A stretch of 64,000 nucleotides of DNA from Ruditapes philippinarum (Eukaryota). Shown one piece after another: positions 1 to 14,100 of this stretch. The position numbers and the translations under genes are program-made. Below the pieces are notes generated by a model. The model was not told the origin of the DNA, searched no databases, and saw only the letters and a list, made by a program, of their open reading frames with translations. The stretch spans positions 62,001-126,000 of the forward strand of contig NW_026860278.1 in the NCBI RefSeq assembly GCF_026571515.1, given 5' to 3'. The stretch's first letter is position 1, and each line of letters starts with the position of its first letter.

Positions 1-94
1 AAATCACTATTAATATTACTATAATTATTATTCTTAGAATTCTTCATCTTATAAAAATAATTGATAATGATAATTATAATAATACTTATAATAT

Positions 95-103
95 TTATTA
101 TTA

Positions 104-134
<31 letters not shown>

Positions 135-212
135 CATTATTATCACCATCATTTCCTCATCATTATCGTCATCATCGTCGTCATCATCATCATCATTAAT
201 ATTATTATAATA
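95..212. repeat. (ATT)n/(ATC)n compound microsatellite
   Basis: Direct reading. Confidence 0.9.
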
Positions 213-1143
213 ACAAAAATAGCATGCTATCTTTCCTTCTTATCTACTGTACTTCATTAAACCACTGTAAACCTTAATTGTTATTTATACATGTGTTTTT
301 GCACTTAAACTAATAGAAACTTCAAACAGGAACAGCGATAAAAATAACTTACAAGTAATTCAGTATTTACTAACCTGTGACAATCACTTCAATACCTTAA
401 CGGTTACGTCAATTATCTAATAATGCTACCGTAATAAATGCCAGTTCTGTTTACCTTATTATTGGTTTAATTTGTATTAGGTAAATTATTCTATTACATA
501 ACTTAAGAGCACGCCCAAACGTCGCCGTCAATACGCTAGCCAGTTCGTCATTTTTCGTGGAAAAATAAACACTTTCATGGAAATATTGTAATGAGATAGT
601 AACCGTATGCCTTAATTCATTGCTTTCAATTTATTGAACAAACAAATATATTGTTTTACTTAACATGGTATAGAATTGCACAATTCTGATTTACTTTTGC
701 ACAATTCCTGTGGTATTTGCACGATTCCTATGTTATTTTCAAATTCGTATATAACTAGATATACACGGTGTTTTTGCACGAACAAACTCATTATATTTTT
801 ATAGAAGTTTTTGCCTCACGAAATATGTTTAATTGATTTGTCCATCTTTCAATGACGACAAAATCATTCACAATTTTAAGAACTTTATATAAACTAGTAT
901 ATGATTAAGAACTTTATATAAACTAGTATATGATATTATTATATATTATATGTATTATATATTATTATATTCTGGCTGAGAAGTTGTTAGAGCAGACCAT
1001 GATCTGACGGTACGGCACTGGTGTCCCGGCTGATCTTGGTCTGCACTTCTCGCATGCGTTGATTTTGTTGCAACCAGTAGGTTAATGATAAATGGTGTTA
1101 CATTAAGCATGCCAAACTATCCTAAACGTAACGTGTGAATATA

Positions 1144-1386
1144 ATATGAGCCGTGTCACGACAAAACCAACATAATGTGTTTGCGACCAGCATGGATCCA
1201 GACCAGCCTGCGCATCCGCGCAGTCTGACCAGGATCCATGCTGTTCGCTTTAAAACCCTATTACAAGTAGAGAACCTGATAGCGATCAGCATGGATCCTG
1301 ATCAGACTGTGTGGATGCGCAGGCTGGTCTGGATCCATGCTGGTCGCAAACCCATTATGTTGGTTTTGTCGTGACACGGCTCATAT
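1144..1386. mobile_element. Palindromic MITE family A, intact copy
   Basis: atatgagccgtgtcacgacaaaaccaacataatg...cattatgttggttttgtcgtgacacggctcatat; ~100-bp inverted arms; 7 copies in the window. Confidence 0.93.
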
Positions 1387-3179
1387 GACTTCTATCTGTC
1401 ATGGATTGAAACTGGTAACAACTTCAAAATGGTATGTCATATTATTGCGCGTCGCGTTATCATAAGTTTAATCATATAATAACTAAATCCCCCCCCCCCC
1501 CCAAAAAAAAAAATAAATAAAAAAAAAAAAATAAATATGGTTAGCTAAGTTACTTTTCGTATGGAAATACATAATGCTTTGTTCCTTTTCAATGTCAGAT
1601 ATTAATGCGTAATACTTCATTCTTTGAATATGACTTCCTTGTTAAGATTTTTCCATCGATTATAAATCTAATGTACTTGAATTTACTTCCTTGACTTGTT
1701 CTTAACAATTATTATAATTTAATATGATTAAATAAACATATGTGTGTTGCATATTTATGAGAGAAATAAGTAAAATAATATTTCATTTGATGTAACATTA
1801 GAGTCAATTTCATCAATCCTTTTCACTTCTTATCGAATAGTTTTAATGGTGCGGTTAACTTAAACCCCATAGGATAGAAACCAGTATTCGCGTGATTGAT
1901 TCACATAAAACGACATGGTTGTTTTAACTTGAAACTATTTTAAGTGCACATTTAAATAAATACGTTCACCTAAATGCCCTTCTTAACAATTTTGATGACC
2001 TCATCGCTTTCAACCAATGGGTAAATTGGAGCATTAGATTGTTTGTATGTGCGTTAACACCTTTCAGGATAGTTATTGCAAAGCCATACACATGCATTTG
2101 TGGTAATAATTCTATACGATACAAAGTTCGTTATGCTCGTTATTTTAAATGCCAATATTATTCAACTCTTATGCATTTAGATCGACACTTATACATTTTT
2201 CTTACAAAGTGATAATAGAACATATCTGACTAAAATAAGATATGAAACATTTTGCACAAACATTTTTGCATAAATTAATGCATTTTAATTAAGTTTTATA
2301 TATTTAAATTGTCCTGCAATCCATATCCATAAAAGACCAACAATAATTCAGTTATTTTGATAAGTCATGGCATTCTTCTTTAAAGAAACTGAATTGATAA
2401 ACTCAACATAATTATATTTCTTCTTTGCAATATAGTTTTAACATTCAAACTGTTTGATTTACATGTATTGATTTTCCCGGTAAAAGCATAACCTGATGTT
2501 GTAAATATTGGAACAGGAAAAAGAAGCATAAATAAAATAAAATAAAAACTTGTTAATTAACAAATTTCGAAACTAAATTGAAATCACAATTTAATGTTTC
2601 TTTGTATTTTACAGACAATCCAGCCTTACGTTTTATACCTTGCGATTAGTTGACAATAAACATATCTTGTTAATTACCAAGTTATTTGAAAATGAAATAT
2701 GTTTTACTTTTAAATCACTGTAATAATATTGTTAACTATATGATTTTCATTCCTAATATATATGAAGTCAAACCATTACCATCAACAATTTGACGTTCAA
2801 TTATATCATGCAACTTACACAGGATTAAAATTCCAGAATTTATTGCAATCCGGCAGTAAAAGGTTAACTACTGTGTATCGAATTATTCATTATATCTTTA
2901 CTAGTTAAAGAAACAAACAAAGGACATAAATCAGCATGTATCATTGTTATAATAGCAACATTTGATTTTTGTTATAATTTAGATATTGAAAAATAACGAA
3001 ATGTATTAAAAAAGACATTTCTAACTCGACACGCCAAACTTGGAATCGTTGAAGGCTCGGTTTGATGGTCGGCAGCTAAAAATGCAGCAAAATTTCCGTC
3101 CACTGCCCCTATCAGTGGCTTAAGAAAAGACAAATATTTGAGTTGAACTGATGCATGTTCAACTTAGAGTATATATACA

Positions 3180-3415
3180 TTGTACAATAAACTAATGATT
3201 TAGTTTTGCAAATTAAATTGTTTTCCTCGTTTAGGGCTACACACATATTGTTTTTAATGATATATATATACACCATGTTTTACAATGAATGGTATTTAAA
3301 GTCGCATTGATGGTTAATTTATATCCGGGAACTTCTGCATGTACATATAAATGTTTGTAGTCCTAAACGAGGAAAAAAATTACAAACTAAATCAAGCATA
3401 AGTTTAATGTACAAT
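3180..3415. mobile_element. Small MITE-like inverted repeat
   Basis: ttgtacaataaact...ttcctcgtttagggctacacacat versus atgtttgtagtcctaaacgaggaa...agtttaatgtacaa. Confidence 0.65.
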
Positions 3416-4433
3416 TTTGAATTCAACTTATTGAGATGCATTGATGTTAATGCTTTCATCATACCAATGTAAAACTAGAATGCAATAACACTGATAGTTT
3501 GGCCATAAAGCACTCTTAAATATTCTAGACCTAAAACACAATTAGGTTGTTATACCTTCATATACACATTATTACTTTCATGAACTTTATCGTTCATTGA
3601 CGACAAACCGTTCAATTAAATGCTGACCCTTCAATGCTCACGTATGTTTGTGTAGCTTTATTATCAACAGTTTTTTTAAGCTTTAGGAAAAATGTATTTA
3701 ACTTGAAATCACTTCACTGGATGAGCAACATCGCAATAAAAGAAGCCTTTACTCTCTCCGTAGTATTTGCATTTCAAAAATTAAATGTTTAAACCTTATT
3801 TGTTTTGTATATATTTCTGACTTCATAATTCATTTTTCGTTTTTGTTTGTTTGCCCGGTAACATTTAAATAATTTTTAAACATATAAATTTCCTAAAGTT
3901 AAACAACTTTACCTAAGTTTATTATTTCAGATGTTCACTAGTAAAGAGTTTGATAATGTTATTATAAAATACGTTTATTGGGAGATTACCAATAATTAAC
4001 GGATAATTAACCCTTGTTAAACGCTATATGCATAAGTATAAAAGTTACAACCATTTATGACTACCAACATAATTCAAATTTGAAATATGAATAGATAAGA
4101 AATATTAAAACTCACTAGTTTAAAGATGCTTCTTTACAAATCCACTTAATATGAGTATCACAAGATCTATATAATGTTAAACGCTTGAAGATCCGAATTA
4201 AAAGATATGCGGATAACGTTTTTGCATTAACGTTAAAACAAATTGCGACATAGTACGGGTAAAAGATATATATATTTAAACTGACGTGTGTATTCGTGTG
4301 TGACAGACAGTAATGACTTGTTAGATATTTCACAAAATGAACTCGATTGTGTCTCAACCAACAAATGGTATTTCATCTTCAAAGTTTATGAACCCTCTTC
4401 CTAAAAATAATAATTGATTGAAATTACATTTGC

Positions 4434-4775
4434 TTAAAGGAGCTTTAGTGAGGTCCAAAAAGTGTGAAATCCTAGAATTTAAATTTTTTGTACAGATCAA
4501 CTGGCTTACATCAACTGGCTTACTTAAAATAAATCAAAATCGTTTCTTTTTTGTTTTTTTTTCCGGTTTTTAGCCCGATTTGAGTTAAAAACATTGTAAT
4601 GGTTTATAATTTTGGGTAATTTTAAGCTATAAAAATATTACGGAAAAACGGAGTAAGGCAATGATCTGAAATTTTGCACATAAGTTATTGGTCTTGTCCT
4701 TAATCAAATGAGACACAATCTCGGGATAAAAATCCTGCCCCTGATTGACAAAAAACGTAAGTAGAGTCTCTTTAA
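4434..4775. mobile_element. Possible TTAA-flanked non-autonomous element
   Basis: ttaaaggagct...agtctctttaa; short imperfect TIRs only. Confidence 0.35.
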
Positions 4776-7700
4776 TCTTACAAACTAAAATGGTATCCAG
4801 TCAAATTTAAACACTAATTATTGAATCTATCTGAAGTAGTAATACCGCTAACTATCACAATTCCTATAACATATCATTAAAACACAAGACTGCATTTGTG
4901 TTGGTAGTTGGTTTGCGCAAGATCGTAATTTAGCCTTTTTGAAACAAAAATGAAAAACACAAAGATACAGTACAAGTTTGACTGTGTCGTATTTTGTCGT
5001 TATTTTTCTGTCTCTCTCATTATTTTGGATTATGTGACAAAAAGGCGGATATACGTGCTTTTCTTCAAACTGACGATTGACGCTCGTGTTAACGTATCAA
5101 AATTATCCTTATGGAGTTCGTCAATGATAATTTTCAAATTGATAACATATTTTTCTTCACATTATATTACATACTTATAAACTTTAGCTGATGCTCTAAC
5201 ATTCATTTTAATGTGTAAACGAGGTGTAAATTACACGATCGTATTTTGAATTTATTTCTTGTCAATTATGCAACAATTTTTATTGCATAGCTGTGATTTT
5301 TGATCTCTTGATATATAAAATGGTTGTCGATATGTTCACACAGTTAAATCTTCTACCATTGCTATTAAAGTTAACATTATGCAAAACAATGCGCTGTTAA
5401 CCGTGTTGGCCCATAAAAATTGATGCATAAGTATATCGACGAGCCTCTTTAACGAAAGGAGACCCAAGTTTAATTTTTAAATGCATTCTTTATTAATGGT
5501 ATTATTTAAATTACAGAAGCGGATTATTCGGTTCGTCTAGTAACATTATATCTTATCAGAACGGAGAGCGACGTTACTGAAACAGGATAACTTGAACGGC
5601 ACCCAGAAGGGTACTTATTTTTTTTGGTTATAGTTAAACTACGTAAAACAGAGTCCCCTAACAACGTACAAAACAACAAAATTGAAAATGTTGCAGGCTC
5701 GATTTGATTGCGCCTGTTTATGAGCGGTACTGTTACTTTAAAGTTGCCGTCCATGCCCATCCCTAGCACCGGCTTGAGCAGAATACAAAATTTAAACACG
5801 AAAATGATGAAATTTTGAATTAAAGAACATCCGGAGAAAGGTACACTAGACCACAGAAATGATATTTTTGCATCAATTTAGAGAGGTAGACATGTCTTAA
5901 ATAATGATTTTATAATAGATTTAACGCACATTAATTGTTTAACAGTGAGTGAAACTGAAGTAAATCAGTTTGTCACAAAGGTACCAAAACGTAACCAAAG
6001 TAGTATTTTACTTCAATACAAAATACGAAGCAAAAGAAGGTCAATACAAATAGCCAATGAGTACTTGGGGGATTGTATTATAATGCCTCAAATTATTTAG
6101 GGCTTTATGGACCATAAAGTCATTGCGTTGCCATAAAAAAGTTTGCCCGGAGTATTTTAAGTATTGATAATGCGGAATTCACAAACTTAGACGAAATTTT
6201 AAATTGTAATTTCCAGAGCATTAATTATTATAATGCTTTTGTACATACTGTGCGTAAAGTTATTGCAAGTTTTACATTAAGACCAAAAGGCCAATTCAAG
6301 TCTGTCTTTCTTAAAGTAATAACACCGTCCGTGCTTTGCGATGTGTCCTGTCCTGTTTTTGTTTCGGGTCCTACTGGGCACCTTGACAGTGGTCTTGTGT
6401 TACTGGGTCGTGTGGGGGTTGCATTCACTGAACGCCGCCCGTCCTTTTTCATATTTTTCCACTTTTAAATATTTCATTTGCATCCATGAATTTCTTAGCT
6501 AGTCTATATCGAAGTTACATATGAATGGTCGAAATGATAAAAGACAACACAAAAATAGTTAAAGATAATGTGTATTTTACATTATAGTAATTAATGGAAA
6601 ACAATTGTACAAAAGATTAAAAAACAAGAAATATATAAAAATATAAAAAAGAAACTTCTTCTTTGCATTTAACATTCAAACACATTGAGTAAAAAATGCT
6701 GAATCCGCACATCGTATCACCTTCAATAACAATGATACATTTGTACCGTAAAAATACATAATATATGTAATAACAGTAAATTAATATCATTGTTGCGAAA
6801 ATATTATGTTGCGTATGTGAAAGATTAAACAACTATATATATAAACAAATATATATATGTCTTTTAGATATGATATATCGACAAAGTATTAAAACAGTAA
6901 TCAGTGTACAATGATACTTTGTATATGTATCTTTGTAGGTAAATGTTATAATGTATTGTTCAACTTTATTGTCCTTGCTCTCCCCTTGCATTTGACCCTT
7001 TAATCGGTAAACGTTTTGATCTTCTTGTAAAGTTTTTAATGACCTTTACGAATGGATAATGAGGTGTCAGTTTAACTTTGTTTAACAAACACACTTCACC
7101 GCCGATTCTTCCACAATGTTTCAGTAATTTCTTTATACGTACAAGTGGAAAATAACAAGACTAACTCCGGAATTAAAGTTATTTGGGATTTCCCAGCTAA
7201 TCATTAAAGTAGGTACAAACTAACCTTTTCAGTTACAGCTTCGAAAATAAGCGAAACATGTTGTTGATTAGGCTATTGTGACGGGTAGTGCACCGTGAAG
7301 CTTTTACTGTAAAAGTTTGCTTGTACCACATATCCAGCATGATAACTTGCGCGATTTTAGTATCTTTGAGATTAGTTTTTTTTTTATTTTCCGACAAATG
7401 ATAGAAATATTAACTCTGCATTATCTGATATGTTAGTCTTGAACAAGAACGAAAAATTAACTACAAAATAAAAATATACATCGTCAGCTCAAATGTGTGT
7501 ACTGATTAAAATTAACAAAATATAAATCATAAACATAAACTGTTAATTCAAAATTAAATCTTGCATATTTTACTCGCAATAACGTGTATTCGTTATCAAT
7601 TTAGTCAATATCATGACAAAATAATAAATGGAATATTCAACAAAAACAAATAAAGCTACAAGCGTTTGTTTGATAAAATACATCCTGTAAGATTCAAAAT

Positions 7701-7851
7701 AAAAAAACATAAAAACAAAACGTTTAATAAATCAATTCCATCAACAGGATATTATGCTGCATTCTTGTGAGTTTTTGTGGTTAAATTTCATTCACATAGT
7801 ATGAAATATTATGCATTCAAAGCATATGATATTTTTGCACACTTTTTCATT

Positions 7852-8163
7852 TCAATATTTGCCATTTGCTTGTTCTCTTTCTTTTCTCCATGACTCGTAT
7901 GTAAGAACAGTTTTATCCTTGATCCATCTCGACATGAACCAAGCTCTGGTAAAGGCCTCTTTGTCGTTACAAAGGATTTGATTCCGTATATCTTCTTCNN
8001 NNNNNNNNNNNNNNNNNNNNNNNNNNNNNNNNNNNNNNNNNNNNNNNNNNNNNNNNNNNNNNNNNNNNNNNNNNNNNNNNNNNNNNNNNNNNNNNNNNNN
8101 NNNNNNNNNNNNNNNNNNNNNNNNNNNNNNNNNNNNNNNNNNNNNCTGTCCCAGTAGGCAAAT
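7852..8163 (-). CDS. Probable terminal exon 28, interrupted by the N gap
   Basis: Acceptor TTTCACAG|AT, then LPTGT-[gap]-EEDIRNQILCNDKEAFTRAWFMSRWIKDKTVLTYESWRKEREQANGKY*. Linkage across the gap is unproven. Confidence 0.5.
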   Translation of the reverse strand: MCLLGQXXXXXXXXXXXXXXXXXXXXXXXXXXXXXXXXXXXXXXXXXXXXXXXXXEEDIRNQILCNDKEAFTRAWFMSRWIKDKTVLTYESWRKEREQANGKY

Positions 8164-11100
8164 CTGTGAAATCAACATAACATTTTATGCAAATCTGTGA
8201 AGATTCAACATAAACATTTTTATGCCCAAATTCTATAAGATCAAACATAACATTTTATGTAAATCTGGAAAGATCAACATAACATTTTTATGCAAAAAAT
8301 AAACTGCCAAAGATCAACAATAACATTTCTATGCAAATCTGTGAAGATCAACATAAATTTTTATGCAAAATCTGTGAAAGATCAACATAGCATCTTTTTA
8401 TGCAAATCTGTTAAGATCAACATTAGCATTTTCATGCAAATTTAAAAAGCCTTTTAAACTTTTTTTTCTCAATGTGACCAAAATGAGCCGTGCCATGGAC
8501 AAAAACCAAACATAATTGGGTTTGCGGGCCCCCCCATATATCCCCGCCCGTTGCGCAATTCCCCGCATTTTTATCAGGGTCCATTGCTGTTCCTTTCACA
8601 CCATATAATATTTTAAGAAAAATGATAAAAAGTTTTGGCCCGATTTAAAACTACGTGGATGCGCAGGGTGGGTTATCCAAAGCCCGGTTTCAAAACCAAA
8701 TTTTATTTTTTTTGTTGGGCGCCGGGTCAATTCATTGGCCCCTCGTCGGGGAGTTAAAATTTTAATATCTTTCAAAAGAAATTGGGTATTTTTATTGGGG
8801 TTTAACCCCAAATTTTTAAAAAACAAAAGTTTTTATGCCCAATAAAAAGCGGCCTTATTTATAAATAGTCTGCCTCATACTTTTTAAGTATTGAACATTA
8901 TCGATATATTCCGAACGATATTATAGAAATTTCCATTGGTCACGTTGATAATTGATGTTTTTCGTTGTAAAATATCTAATTGATTACAATTTTGTCAAAA
9001 TGAAATGTTATTTTGATTTTACCTATTTACTGACTTTATACACTTTGATAGGCATAATCTCACTTTAAAGAAATCTATTTTTTTTAATTTTAGTCCAGGG
9101 TATACCATTCTGACCAACTAGCACGCTTATAACCATCAATATGTTTTTATAAAACATTTAAAGGATGGTCGTTAAGTGGGTACCTTACATCTAACTCACA
9201 TAATTATTTGAACAATTACAATAATAATTTCAAATTATGTTTCCTTAAATAAAGTGCAGATTAATGCACCAAACTTTAGTAAAAGATATCTACATTTCTC
9301 ACAGCATGAATTTCATACCGCTTTTTTTCCCATTTTTAAACATTGTGTTGTCGAAAATCTGTATAAATGAGCCGCGTCCACAAAACCAACAATCGTACGT
9401 TTGCAACCAGTATGGATCCAGACCAGGGCCTGCTTGTAATAGGGTTTGGTAAGCGAACAGGCATGGATCCTGGTCAGAATTGCGCGGATAGCGCAGCTCT
9501 GCCTTGATCCATGCTGGTCCGCAAACGCATTTATGTTGGGATGTTGGTCGTTGAATGGCTCATATAATTTTTCAGTTGCAATTACGTGACCGGCTGGCAT
9601 TTTGTGAAGGATCTGCCAGTGGAATATTGGAATTGTATCCTTTCTGGGGCTCTGGGTTCGCTGGTCTGAAAGATAAACTGGATTTTCTATGGCAAATACC
9701 TGATGGCACCATTGTGGAAAGAAAGCGGGTAGCATAAGGAGAACCAGATTTAGCCATATTCCTGTTAAAGGGTAGCATGTTCTTTGTTCAGATCATATTC
9801 TTTCAATGACGTGCTGTAACAAATATTTTTTTTGAGGTTGCCTTGTAAAAAATTGTTTTACCTTTTTTTGAAAGGTACACCAATTTTGATCACAAAAAAA
9901 CATGAAAAACGCCAACTAAAATAATTGATTTATGATATTTAACAACACAAAATTGCATGAGTCTTTAGACAAATAATGTCTTGAAATCTAGTGATGCTTC
10001 TATAAACATGTTATTGTTTTAAACGTATCTAATCAAAACGTTCTCGACTTGTTTGTTTGCTTGATTAGGATTTACGTCAAACCGACACAGTATAGGTCAT
10101 ATGGCGACGTTCCAGCTTTAATGGTGGAGGAAGACCTCAGTTGCTTATCCTTGCATTATTTTCAGGCCCACAACGGGCACCGATGTTTCAAAAGCTAAAG
10201 CTAAATAGCTTCTCCCACATGAAAGAATCCAAATTCCCTGTCGGAATTTGAACCCACAGCATGGAACAGGCTTCTCCATTTGTCTTAACAAGAATCAAAG
10301 GACTTGCTTATACACAAATTGACCTCTGATTTCTTTTTACTCCTTAAGACTTAAAAACCTTTTTTATGTTGAAAGCAACATATACCTTTTATTAAGAATA
10401 TTAAATATTAAGGGTGTTTGGGTGATAAGGAACAATCAAAGCAGGATTGAAATTATCTGTTTATATTGGCTGCATCTTTCTTATTTTATTTAAGCATTCA
10501 TCTTGCATATTAATACATACATTTAAATATATTCAATCAATTACATACGAATCCTTAGCGTTTATATGCCTGTATTAATGAGTGCATTTTATGCAAATGC
10601 TCCGGTTTTAAAGTTTAATTTTTAAAAAAAATGATTTATCAAAAAAATACACAAAAATAATAAATTTAAAAAATACTGGGCAATTTTCAATTTTTATCAC
10701 CCAAAAATTTTTAATATACAAAACGTTTCGTTAAAGACAACAAAAAAATATAACGGGAAAAAAAATTTTTAACAAGAATTTCCCTGTATACAAAGAACTT
10801 ATAGGAATTTGGAATAATAACTGACCATAAGGAATTGAATGAAAGTTCGCGAAATCCCCATTTCAACACTTTCCTTGTAATATATTAAATAAGAGAAAAT
10901 CAACCCGTTTAAGACATTTTGAAGTTTGAAAACTTCTTTAAATGGTGTCAGAACAGTTATAAAGAAACATTGTTTTTTGTTAAAAGTAACACAGAAAGCA
11001 ACATGTTTATGTCCATTAATTCCAACAGTAAGAAACTCAACAATTAAAGACTTAACTTTTGTAGAAAAGAGAAACATTTAAAATAAAATGACCGCCAGAA

Positions 11101-14100
11101 GCCGAAAATTACTCAGATAACATGTAAGAATACATGATATAAGGTATTTGAAATAATTTTACACTTTTACACATTTTTGTACACAAACGCAAATATAACG
11201 GGGAAAAACAATGATGTCATACCAGGACTTGCTAGTTATACCCCTAAAAACAAAAACAACAAAATGCGTGTGCTTTTATTTTCAATCTCAAAATTTTGTA
11301 CCATTAGTTTTCATTTACTTTTTTAAAAACTATTATATGATAAACACACGGAAATCCGATATAGAACTGACTTATAATTAAAAGCAACAACTCAATAAAA
11401 CTTCAGGTCATTATGAAAATGTGACAAGTATTGTGAAGTAAATTTTAGACAGACAGACATGTACATGAAATATGATTTATGTAAAATATAAAAGAAAACA
11501 GGCGCATGTTAGAAATACATGATGATCCTGTACAAATGATGTAAACCAGTTAAAAAAACACTGTAATTCTTTAATAATTTTTGTACTAGTAATTATTTTA
11601 CCTTCTGTACAAAAATACAATCAAAACCACGAGTGCAACCACAATTAGCACAAGCACCACAAAGCCGGCTGCAACTCCAGATGCCGGAAGTCCACCGTCT
11701 TGCTTTTGTTTTTGGGCACCACTAATTGTTACTGTTTCTAAAATATAATACGATTTACTTATAATTTGATTAAATCAGAAATATGTCTTATAGAGTTATT
11801 GTTGCATTTGTTGTATTTTTGTCCTGTAAGATTATGTTAGTCTAAAAGTGAATGAGGTAAAATTTAAATGTACCAACATCTTAAGACCACGTCAAACTCT
11901 TGTGCTCAATACTGAGATCAAAAATATTTATAGCTTATAAAGACAAATACACGTACGTAATGTTTAAAGATATAGATAATTGAATAATTACCTAGACAAA
12001 CCCTGTCTTTTGGCTGAATTGCCCATTGTCCGGTTGCACCACATGTCAAATTTGGATGACTAGCAGAATGCTTAAAGCCTTTGTCGCATACGAAATCACA
12101 TGTTGAATAAATAGCGAAATTACAGGGTTGTTGTATGACTCCATTAGGTATCAAAGATGGACATTTTGCAACTGAAAACAAACAATCAAAAGATGTTAAC
12201 GCAAAAACATGATAAGCTTAATAAAGACATGAAATATGTTCTTGATACGATTCTTTGTTTCTAAAAAGACCTTCTGAAACCTTTGCAATCTAAGACGACA
12301 ATCCTAAAATAAAATGTTTGCAGTTTGTTACTCCATGCTCTGCCAGATAAAAGACTACAATCGCAAAATATTATTTATAAGTTTGGCTTGCCTTAACGTT
12401 TCACCCACACGTTAAATGACATATGGCGATTTTAAGGTTTACTGGTGGAGGACAAACTGAGGTGACCCTCCGTGTATTATTTTAGGCACAAACGGATACC
12501 GGAGTAGAACCACCGACGTTCCTTATTATCTGTTGAGTCGTTTTTGATACAATATTGATTAAGCCATCGTGCTTATGATTCCATTTAAATCACCACATAA
12601 AGTAAATAATCCATTAGAATTCTTGAACATGTGAAATTATATTTGTTTACAAACGTTTCATTGCTTACAAGAATAACTAATTCGGATATTTTTAAACCTA
12701 AATATTGACATTCAGATTCATTTAAACAAAAGTAAAACAGACATAAACATAGTTTTATAAGACGATAACCAATAAAAGTCATTTGTACGTACCAAACGAA
12801 ATGTCGTATTTTTTAAACGTTTGTCTTTTATTTTAAAATGATCAAATCATTGCTGTCATGTGTCATATTTGTTTTTTTGAATTACAAAAATCAAAACAAA
12901 GAAAAAGAAATTTATAAAATAAAGTAGCAACATACCTTTACACGAATCAGACGGATGCCACTTCCGGTCACTTTTGCACACTGTCATGTATGTTGTGTTG
13001 ACAAAGCCTTGATTACATTTATACATGCATGCCTCACCAATTTGCTTCTTGCATGATGGAGCCACCATTCCGTTTGATAAACTTGCATCGTCACACATAG
13101 ACTCTGATGAGATAATTGATAATAAACCAAATCCTAACATAAACGTCTACAAGTGTTCAAAACACAGAAGGTATGACACTTTAATCCTTAAATTTATCAT
13201 AATTGGATGAAATGATTATTGAGTCAACTGTCGTATCATATATTTTAAGGATAATGCGATTGAACAAACTTATTTACTGCAAATGCATTGTCAAAAAGAT
13301 CCTTACCTTTACACATTAAAGATGGCGCCCAGCCCGTAGCAGTGCACTTGACCTGTGATTTCTTGTCACTTGGTGTATAAAATTTATTACATGTGTAGTC
13401 GCATGTAGAGTCGATTGACCGATCACAATTATCACCGAGTTTACCATTTGAAATCACTTCCGTGCATTTTGCAGCTAAAAGATGAATTCGAGGATTTACA
13501 ACCAGAATGCTTTCTTTAAAAATCGCCTAGAATGATGGCAATACAATAGTTGACTTTCGTCTTAAAGACTAAACAAAAAATGTTAACTAAAGACTTCACA
13601 AATACAATGATTTGCGTCACGACAAAACCAACATAATGCGTTTGCGACCAGCATGGATCCAGACCAGCCTGCGCATCCGCGCAGTATGATCAGGATCCAT
13701 GCTGTTCGCTATCATTTTCTCTACTTGCTATAGGGTTCGTAAGCGAACAGCAATGATCCTGATGCGCAGGCTGGTCTGGATCCATGCTGGTCGCAAACCC
13801 ATTATGTTGGTTTTGTCGTGAAGCGGCACACATTTTTTTCTGATTTTTCATGCATGTACATTTGTTATATGAGAAACATCAAATCTTAAACAAAACATAT
13901 ATTAAATTTCACCAGACTTTCTCGAAGTACTTGAACTCGGTCAAAAGAAAAAAACGTACATTTTAATGAAAATAAATGATTTTTTTTGAAAAAGTCACAC
14001 AAGACTGCTTAAAATGTGCTTTAGTTACATGTACTTTAGCACAATATCTTAGTAATCCAACATACCCCATTAACAAGAATCTCTGTAACTGGTGTATTCT

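Noticed and set aside
1153-1374. ORFs of the MDPDQPAHPRSL type (also 29100-29300 and 45062-45335)
   Set aside because: Chance translations of the GC-rich palindromic MITE; no transposase features.
6228-6468. Overlapping ORFs on both strands in a GC-richer patch
   Set aside because: No domain or splice context; resembles other short GT-rich repeat remnants in the window.
9765-9767. Premature stop as evidence that the gene is a pseudogene
   Set aside because: All 26 upstream exons are intact and in phase; the lesion lies in visibly error-rich sequence.
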